Origin: a virus | DNA length: 64,000 nt | Strand: one strand, 5' to 3' | IMG/VR virus record: IMGVR_UViG_3300032092_000004 | Location: 64,001-128,000 of that record | Part shown: positions 57,743-64,000 of the stretch, piece by piece | Layout: each line of letters starts with the position of its first letter | Numbering within the stretch: position 1 is the stretch's first letter | The notes under the pieces: generated by a model | Told to the model about the DNA's origin: nothing | The model's input: only the letters and a program-made list of their open reading frames with translations | The model's database searches: none | Made by a program: the position numbers and the translations under genes

Positions 57743-58579
57743 TTACTTAAGTAAGTTGTAATACTCTTTAAAGTGTTTGATTCTATCAGGTAAACCAATA
57801 GTCCCACCATTCACTCTCTTTGTTACCGCAGTAACCGTAGCATCGTCAGCACCTTTATCACATATTGCCCACAATTTGTTTGAGTCAAAGAAGAATGCTG
57901 CCGAAGCCAAAGGATATTTTGTTGCAACTAAATCAGGATTAGAAACACAATCTTCACCAATAAATTTTGTGAAGTTAGTATAGTTCGCTTTACCTGTTAA
58001 TTGAATGTAACCTCTTCCTCTAAACTTAAAACCTTCTTTAGATGCTTCATCACCGTTACCCATTCTTGATGCGTAAACACGAGCGGCAATCTTTTCAGGT
58101 TGACGAGCGTAAGACTCATTTAGATTACCAGGGAAATACTTACCGAAGATCTTTTTCAAACCATCCGCAGAGTAATTTAAGTTCTCACTAACCGCTTTGA
58201 AATTACCTGATTCATGACCACATTGTGCCAAAAAATGAGCTAGTCTCAAATTATTTGTGATATTGAATTTTTTCGCGGTGTCAGGAATCTGAGCAAGAAC
58301 CGCATCAGGAACATGACCTTTTAATTTTTCAATATTTAATGGACCTCCCGATGGGATAACCACATCCTCTTTGATTACTTCTGTGGTAGGTTTTGACTCA
58401 CCAAATAGTTTTGCCCATGTTGCATCACCAACGATACCATCATCTTTTAAACCATTTGATTTTTGCCAAGCTTTAACCGCAGCTTCTGTTTTAGGTCCAA
58501 ATTTTCCTATGGCTTCTACGCCTAATTTTTCTTGGAGTTTTTTTACATCAGCCCCTTCTGATCCAACTTTTAGTATCAT
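57743..58579 (-). CDS. endolysin: peptidoglycan-binding domain plus GH19
   Basis: VK.LQ..LG...G.FGP.T, DGIVG; HFLAQCGHESG, FRGRGYIQLTG, VNGG..GL.DR. Confidence 0.9.
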   Translation of the reverse strand: MILKVGSEGADVKKLQEKLGVEAIGKFGPKTEAAVKAWQKSNGLKDDGIVGDATWAKLFGESKPTTEVIKEDVVIPSGGPLNIEKLKGHVPDAVLAQIPDTAKKFNITNNLRLAHFLAQCGHESGNFKAVSENLNYSADGLKKIFGKYFPGNLNESYARQPEKIAARVYASRMGNGDEASKEGFKFRGRGYIQLTGKANYTNFTKFIGEDCVSNPDLVATKYPLASAAFFFDSNKLWAICDKGADDATVTAVTKRVNGGTIGLPDRIKHFKEYYNLLK

Positions 58580-58687
58580 AATTTTTGATTTTCCTATAAA
58601 TAGTAAATTCTCAAACAAAGTAAAGATTTTAATATAAAAAAAACATCAGTTAGTGATTTTTAAGATACTTATTAGAAAAAGAGAATT

Positions 58688-59287
58688 ATGGGATACACAA
58701 GAGAACAGGTCGAGGCTGCCGTCAAAGCCAAAGGTTATGTTTACTTCGAAGACACAAACAACAAAGGGTTCGATGTAAACATTATAGGTATAAGAAATGC
58801 TGCTACTGGTCAAAAGGTAACAAATGCATTTGATGACTTATTAACAATAAGTTATAAAGATGAAACAGGTGCGTGGAAATATCACGAATGGCCGGCAACC
58901 ACGGATCCTGGAAAAAAAGGTGTAATGGAATATCACAACGCCGCAGGAGTTGCTAGACTTGTTGAAGGACAATACAGAGGTTCACACGGAATCGGTCTTC
59001 ATCAAGGAAAGTACGAAGCATTAAAACAAGCAAAAAATGTTAAAGTTTATCGTGACCCAAATCGTGATTTAACTTATGACGAAACAAAAATTGCTGAAGG
59101 CGTATTTGGTATTAACATTCACAAGGCTGGTGCTGACTCAACTTATGTAGAGAATTGGAGTGAAGGATGTCAAGTCTTTAAAAAAGCTGCAGACTTTGAA
59201 TCTTTTATGAAAATCTGTAGAAAGGCTAGAGACACTCACGGAAACTCTTTTACTTACACATTGATTGAAAGTTCGGACATAAAATAA
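58688..59287 (+). CDS. L,D-transpeptidase-like (YkuD-type) Cys enzyme
   Basis: GINIHKAG...WSEGCQV His/Cys motif. Confidence 0.6.
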   Translation: MGYTREQVEAAVKAKGYVYFEDTNNKGFDVNIIGIRNAATGQKVTNAFDDLLTISYKDETGAWKYHEWPATTDPGKKGVMEYHNAAGVARLVEGQYRGSHGIGLHQGKYEALKQAKNVKVYRDPNRDLTYDETKIAEGVFGINIHKAGADSTYVENWSEGCQVFKKAADFESFMKICRKARDTHGNSFTYTLIESSDIK

Positions 59288-59316
59288 ATAAAAACTAAAA
59301 CTTAAAAACCACGTAA

Positions 59317-61224
59317 ATGAAACAATTAAGAAGTCTGTTATTTGGACTTTTATTTTTATTACCATTCATTGGTAAAGCTCAAGTACCTGCGGCCCCTTCA
59401 AACGGATTGTGGGGAATTATTGCATCCCAATATCAAGTTGGGACAACCGCACAAGGCACAACAGATGCGAAGATTACATTACAAAACACAACCCTTACAA
59501 AATTTGCGGGGGTACAGTTTAGAGTATTCTACGATAATGTAGCGTTTACAAATGCAACCGTATCTCTTATCGGATCATCAACAAACTTAGACCTTCAGTT
59601 TATCACCAACACAACAAATGGTTACATTACCATTACTTTGGTTTATACAGGTCCAAGTGCGACTTATACGATTCCAAATGGTGAGAGATTTTTAATTACC
59701 TTTACTCACGCACCAGCAGCAACATTTAATAACTTGGCGTCTATTTCCAACTTAACTTGGACAGGACCTCAGTCTTTTACACCATATGCTGCTAAACAAG
59801 ATGGTATGGATACCACATTAAGTGTTCATAACTATGGTGGTGTGTTCACACCTGTTAACTTCGACTATCATGGAACATTCACTAATGTTACAGGTACTTC
59901 GGCTAAATATTTAAATTTAGCATTAGAAAGAAGACCATTCGGTGGAAACACTTGGACACAACATTCTACTTATGTTACAGATATCAACGGAGACTTCAAT
60001 ATTTCAGTTCCATTGGACACAACATATTGGGATGTAAGATTAGCGATTCAAGGAGACACTATGGGTGTGGGTAATATTATTTCATCAACAGATGCTCAGT
60101 TGATTAATCAGTGGGTTCTTGGAAACGGTACCATGACTGGTTTTGATTATTATACAGCAGATGTTAACGGATCTAATAACACAACAATATCTGATGTGTG
60201 GGGTGTATTTGGTAGAATCTCAGGTAGATTTACTCAATGGCCTAACAACACAAAAGATGTTAAGTTCTTTACAGCATCTGAATACACAACTATTAACGGA
60301 TCTGTAACTAACTACACATCAACAATTGCAGGTGTAACAAACTTTACATTTGATATCTTACCGGGTCAACCTGACTCTGTAGTTTATTATGTAATGGTTC
60401 CTGGTGATGCCAACGGAACAGGTTATCATATGGCTCGTGTAACTCCTATCGAAGTATTGGTCGGACCAATACCAGGTTTAGAGTCACAAATTTATAATGT
60501 AATCGACACCAAAGTTGAGTATGATTTCCCAACTTCAACAATTGAAGTTAATGTACCTAACATTTCTGTAGATGCAGGAAACTTGGTTGAATTACCAGTT
60601 AAAGTTTTTACAAACGGAGAAGTGTTATCATCACTTCAGTTTGGATTGAAATACGACACTGACCTATTAGAATTTAAAGGTGTGTATTCTTCATCAAATG
60701 CTATGGAATGGATTACATATGTAAATCCAAACGATGGTCAAGTTGATTGGGGTGGATTTGATCCTACAAATAATGAACAACCATTAGTGAATGGGGATGA
60801 GGTTGTGACTCTACAATTTATTGCTAAACAACCACAGAACCTATGGGAAGAAAGTCCTCTTTACACTTCTTTGAAGTTTGCGGGAACGACACAATCTAAA
60901 GATCTAACAATTACACCAACAAATGGAATCCTTCAAGTATTAAAAAGTAATATGGGTGAAGTAGTTGGGAATACAATTTCAGTAGTCCCTAATCCTGTTA
61001 TTGATGAAGTAACAATTTCATTTGAAGTTAAAGAAACAACAAATGCAAATCTATCAATTTCAGATGTTGTTGGAAGAAAGTTAATTACGATCTTGGATGG
61101 TCAATTACCTAATGGAGAGTATAGCTATGTTGAGAACTTAGGTAGTTTAGATAGAGGTCTTTACTTAGTTACATTAAGTATGGAAAACGGAGAAACAAAA
61201 GTTTCAAAAATTGTAAAACAATAA
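59317..61224 (+). CDS. secreted cohesin/dockerin-like protein with T9SS type A C-terminal sorting domain
   Basis: signal KA-Q; two cohesin-like segments (QF...YD); ADVNGSNNTTISD; VPNP...DVVGR...GLYLV...SKIVK. Confidence 0.75.
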   Translation: MKQLRSLLFGLLFLLPFIGKAQVPAAPSNGLWGIIASQYQVGTTAQGTTDAKITLQNTTLTKFAGVQFRVFYDNVAFTNATVSLIGSSTNLDLQFITNTTNGYITITLVYTGPSATYTIPNGERFLITFTHAPAATFNNLASISNLTWTGPQSFTPYAAKQDGMDTTLSVHNYGGVFTPVNFDYHGTFTNVTGTSAKYLNLALERRPFGGNTWTQHSTYVTDINGDFNISVPLDTTYWDVRLAIQGDTMGVGNIISSTDAQLINQWVLGNGTMTGFDYYTADVNGSNNTTISDVWGVFGRISGRFTQWPNNTKDVKFFTASEYTTINGSVTNYTSTIAGVTNFTFDILPGQPDSVVYYVMVPGDANGTGYHMARVTPIEVLVGPIPGLESQIYNVIDTKVEYDFPTSTIEVNVPNISVDAGNLVELPVKVFTNGEVLSSLQFGLKYDTDLLEFKGVYSSSNAMEWITYVNPNDGQVDWGGFDPTNNEQPLVNGDEVVTLQFIAKQPQNLWEESPLYTSLKFAGTTQSKDLTITPTNGILQVLKSNMGEVVGNTISVVPNPVIDEVTISFEVKETTNANLSISDVVGRKLITILDGQLPNGEYSYVENLGSLDRGLYLVTLSMENGETKVSKIVKQ

Positions 61225-61246
61225 ACACAAAATAAACAAAAACAAA

Positions 61247-61585
61247 ATGTCAGAAGAAACACAAGAGACAAATGACGGAACATGGTCAGGATTAAAAAAG
61301 ACCATCGTTGGTACATTATCAACAGTAATTGCTGGTGGTGGAACTTGGTTAGGTGTGATGTTATATGGTGGTGGTGAAGAAGAACCAAAAGAGGAAACAA
61401 AAACAGAACAAAATGGAGGTCAAGCACCAATCACAATTAATGTACAACAAAACCAAGAGAATAAACAAAAAACTGAGAACAATAATGGTGGTGGTGTAGT
61501 TCGTGAAAGAATTATCGAAAGACCGGCACAACAACCAGCAACACAACCTGAAAAACCAAAAAAGGTTGAAGAGGAATCTTGGTAA
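61247..61585 (+). CDS. single-TM protein with low-complexity tail
   Basis: LKKTIVGTLSTVIAGGGTW. Confidence 0.6.
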   Translation: MSEETQETNDGTWSGLKKTIVGTLSTVIAGGGTWLGVMLYGGGEEEPKEETKTEQNGGQAPITINVQQNQENKQKTENNNGGGVVRERIIERPAQQPATQPEKPKKVEEESW

Positions 61586-61618
61586 TAAAAAATAAATTAT
61601 AAAAAAATTAAAAATAAA

Positions 61619-61900
61619 ATGGCACAAAAGAAAACAAAAAAATCATTCTTGGTTAGAATGTTTATGGATAAAAATGACATCAACGAGAAATCAATTGTAG
61701 GTTTTGGATCGTTTTTGATGATGGTGATTTGTCTTGGTGTTGATATCTACACAGGATTACACGGACAAGAAATGCCAATTAACAAATTCATCTACGATGG
61801 TTTTTTATGGATCACTTTAGGTTCATTTGGTATTGCTTCAGTTGACAAATACTTGTCAGGTAAAAATCAAACTAACGAGGAAGAAGAAGTAGAAGGATAA
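61619..61900 (+). CDS. two-TM membrane protein (holin-like candidate)
   Basis: INEKSIVGF.SF; LGSFGIASVDK. Confidence 0.55.
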   Translation: MAQKKTKKSFLVRMFMDKNDINEKSIVGFGSFLMMVICLGVDIYTGLHGQEMPINKFIYDGFLWITLGSFGIASVDKYLSGKNQTNEEEEVEG

Positions 61901-62640
61901 TGAAAAGAATACTTTACATATTATCACTTTTATTGATTGGATGTAAAACAGTACAAGCCCAACCCCCTCAAAAAGGAGGGGGTATTGGCTCTGTTAAGAC
62001 AGAACAATATGTTGCTGATTTTGAAAAGAAACAATCAATAGACTCGGTTGCTGATTACGACGGATCAATTCAGGTTCCCATCCAATTATTAAAGATTGGT
62101 ATCAACGAAGAACTTTATGAATTATATCCTGAGTTAAAAGATAAAAGAGTAGGTCTTGGCGTAACGAATATCGTAATCGAATATTTGGAATACACTAACA
62201 GATTTATTTTTACCGAAGAAAAGGAAGAGATCAAACAAAGAATGATTGCTCAAGACAAAGCATCAGACAAGGGAGTATCTTCAAACAAAATCGAAGTGAA
62301 AGGTAATGTTGTATTAGCTAAATACTTTGTTTATATTGAGGTGTATGATTTCTCGGTATCTGAGGACGAAGTTGTAAAAGTTAATGGACAACAAACTGTA
62401 AATCAAACTACAAGATTAGGTCTTCAGATCAAATTTGTAGATGCTGAAACAAGTCAAGTGATTGTAGGATCAGGACTTGGAGAAGCCGTAACAATTAAAA
62501 CAACATCAATCTTGGGTGATATCTCAGATGATGTTAAATTCAATCAATCAACCGTAGGTATATCTACAAAAAAAGCTTTAGAGACAGCGTCATCAAGAGT
62601 TGTAACTAGACTTATATCAAAAGGTGTATTTCCAAAGTGA
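61900..62640 (+). CDS. CsgG/HfaB-like lipoprotein
   Basis: LLIGC lipobox; GVTNIV.EYL..TNRF...E; IKFVDAET.QV..GSG.G. Confidence 0.65.
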   Translation: MKRILYILSLLLIGCKTVQAQPPQKGGGIGSVKTEQYVADFEKKQSIDSVADYDGSIQVPIQLLKIGINEELYELYPELKDKRVGLGVTNIVIEYLEYTNRFIFTEEKEEIKQRMIAQDKASDKGVSSNKIEVKGNVVLAKYFVYIEVYDFSVSEDEVVKVNGQQTVNQTTRLGLQIKFVDAETSQVIVGSGLGEAVTIKTTSILGDISDDVKFNQSTVGISTKKALETASSRVVTRLISKGVFPK

Positions 62641-64000
62641 GAATAAACATTTTAATATCTTTGTTATTTGTCTTATTTAGTTTTTTCAATCTAAACGCAC
62701 AGACTTATAACTATTCTTACACCGATCCTTGTACAGGAAATGTAAAAAATATCATAGTCCCCATCAATGGTTCAGTCACGGTGGGGTACTATGGTTTTGT
62801 CGAGAACTTTACTCAACAACAATTTACCGATGGAACTTTTGAAACTTGGACTAACCAAGTTTTTTCGCAATATCAAGGATCTCCTTGTTCAGAAATAGTA
62901 GGACTTGGTGGTCAGATAAACATGGCTCAAGATGTTGCTTTAAATACAATAGGTATTATCAATTCACTATCGTCTTTAATGGACATATCAAATGGGGCAA
63001 CAGATTTTCTTAGCGGTAGTTTAACCGCAGCATCTAACTCTTCTAATACCAATAATTCAGGTAATAAGAAGAATGGGAATAGTTCCCAAAATAATGGAAG
63101 TGGAAATAATAATAACGTTACAACAACAAATACTAATAACTCCACAACCAATAACAATCAAAACCAAAATAATGGAACAAGTAACACTACTGAAGGAAGT
63201 CAAACCACTTCTGGAACAAATGAAACAAGTTCAAACAACGGAGGAAATGGAACCGCTAATACAAATGTTGGAACTCAAGGTACAACATCAACAGGAGGCT
63301 CTACAACTCAAAGTGGATCAAATGAAAATGGAAATTCACAGGCTGTGTCGCCTATAAACAATCAAAACACTAATACGAATGAAAACAATAGCAATACTAC
63401 TGTCGGTAGCAATACTGGGGAGTCTAGTGGGAATGGGACTAGTGGGAATGGTGAAGGAAATAATCAAACGAACCAAGAAGTAACGACTAATGGTTCTAAC
63501 GGTAATGGTAATTCTGGTGTTGGGAATAATAATGAAAACCCACCTAGTGGTGAGGAAACTACAACCCAAACAGAAGAACAAGGTGGTGGACAAACCAACG
63601 TTACACAAGGAGCAACAAAAACAGTAAATCAGAATAGGGAAGGTGGAAAACCCACAGTCATCGCGTCAAGTGACTTTGTGGGTTTTAACTTTCAAAACTC
63701 TGAAGTTAAAACAGGATTGAAATTAACAGGAGGATATCATAACCTGCGTTGGGATGGTGAAACTGCTCGTGGTGGTTTAGTTGATTACGTGTCAGCACAA
63801 AAGGGGCCAAACATGACAGGATATCACGCATGGATCAACAAAAAAAGTGTTGGACTTTTATCGGGAACTTTATCTTTAGGATTTGAAGGTAGGGGATCTG
63901 TCTATGGAACTTTAGCGGGTGGACAAATGTTCATGTTCCCAAAGATCCCAAGTCTTAAAGCGGTTTATATGGGAACAGTATCATACGGACAAGTTTATAA
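62637..64000 (+). CDS. large secreted or outer-membrane protein with Asn/Thr/Gly-rich linker (partial, not in ORF track)
   Basis: GTG start overlapping the previous TGA; MRINILISLLFVLFSFFNLNA-QTYNYSYTDPC; appears open to the window end; beta-strand-like C-terminal part. Confidence 0.7.
   Translation, partial: MRINILISLLFVLFSFFNLNAQTYNYSYTDPCTGNVKNIIVPINGSVTVGYYGFVENFTQQQFTDGTFETWTNQVFSQYQGSPCSEIVGLGGQINMAQDVALNTIGIINSLSSLMDISNGATDFLSGSLTAASNSSNTNNSGNKKNGNSSQNNGSGNNNNVTTTNTNNSTTNNNQNQNNGTSNTTEGSQTTSGTNETSSNNGGNGTANTNVGTQGTTSTGGSTTQSGSNENGNSQAVSPINNQNTNTNENNSNTTVGSNTGESSGNGTSGNGEGNNQTNQEVTTNGSNGNGNSGVGNNNENPPSGEETTTQTEEQGGGQTNVTQGATKTVNQNREGGKPTVIASSDFVGFNFQNSEVKTGLKLTGGYHNLRWDGETARGGLVDYVSAQKGPNMTGYHAWINKKSVGLLSGTLSLGFEGRGSVYGTLAGGQMFMFPKIPSLKAVYMGTVSYGQVY

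Noticed and set aside
26401-58602. T4 late promoter TATAAATA on the + strand
   Set aside because: These copies lie upstream of minus-strand genes, so the functional orientation is TATTTATA.
264-63608. Many 60-140 aa antisense or alternate-frame ORFs in the track (e.g. 7225-7641, 12754-12975, 18766-19128, 46030-46341, 63073-63357)
   Set aside because: They are shadows of longer, motif-bearing genes or of low-complexity repeats, with no independent signals.
1-64000. Stop-codon reassignment as in some Bacteroidota phages
   Set aside because: Known genes are full length in code 11, and TAA, TAG and TGA all end genes at sensible positions.
1-64000. tRNA, tmRNA or rRNA genes
   Set aside because: No cloverleaf with a T-loop GTTCRA motif was seen in the few intergenic gaps by eye; tRNAscan or ARAGORN would be definitive.
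1-64000. Bacterial chromosome or eukaryotic giant virus origin
   Set aside because: Housekeeping homologues are isolated among short ORFans, with gp46/47-like genes, an endolysin, sigma70 and bacterial terminators.

Overview
AT-rich, densely coding, mostly + strand segment of a large (jumbo-type) tailed phage genome using the standard genetic code. The host is probably a Bacteroidota member: TAnnTTTG promoters, no Shine-Dalgarno sites, a Bacteroidota-type sigma70, Hc1 and a T9SS C-terminal domain. No capsid, terminase, tRNA, integrase or CRISPR was recognised. Recognisable genes include SbcD/SbcC, sigma70, DnaJ, two DNA methyltransferases, thioredoxin and glutaredoxin, Nudix, RlpA, an RNA ligase with several RNA end-healing enzymes, an AAA ATPase, Smr, a PcfJ-like protein, RmlB, ThyA, ClpP and a GH19 endolysin. 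An envelope cluster (cohesin/T9SS cargo, CsgG-like lipoprotein) runs off the right end. The most interesting unexplained signals are: (1) a DIP1984-like helical gene immediately followed by a ~180-nt end-paired candidate ncRNA with repeated AAA motifs, inside an RNA-repair region; (2) a portable N-terminal leader (MKIIITExQY..L.E) on many unrelated proteins, tied to a TATTTAT promoter; (3) two promoter classes in the same register, often 4 nt before ATG, suggesting leaderless mRNAs; (4) an ArfA-like peptide missing from the ORF track; (5) a repeat-spacer-like NGVK coding array; (6) further candidate structured RNAs. All family assignments come from motif recognition by eye, not database searches.
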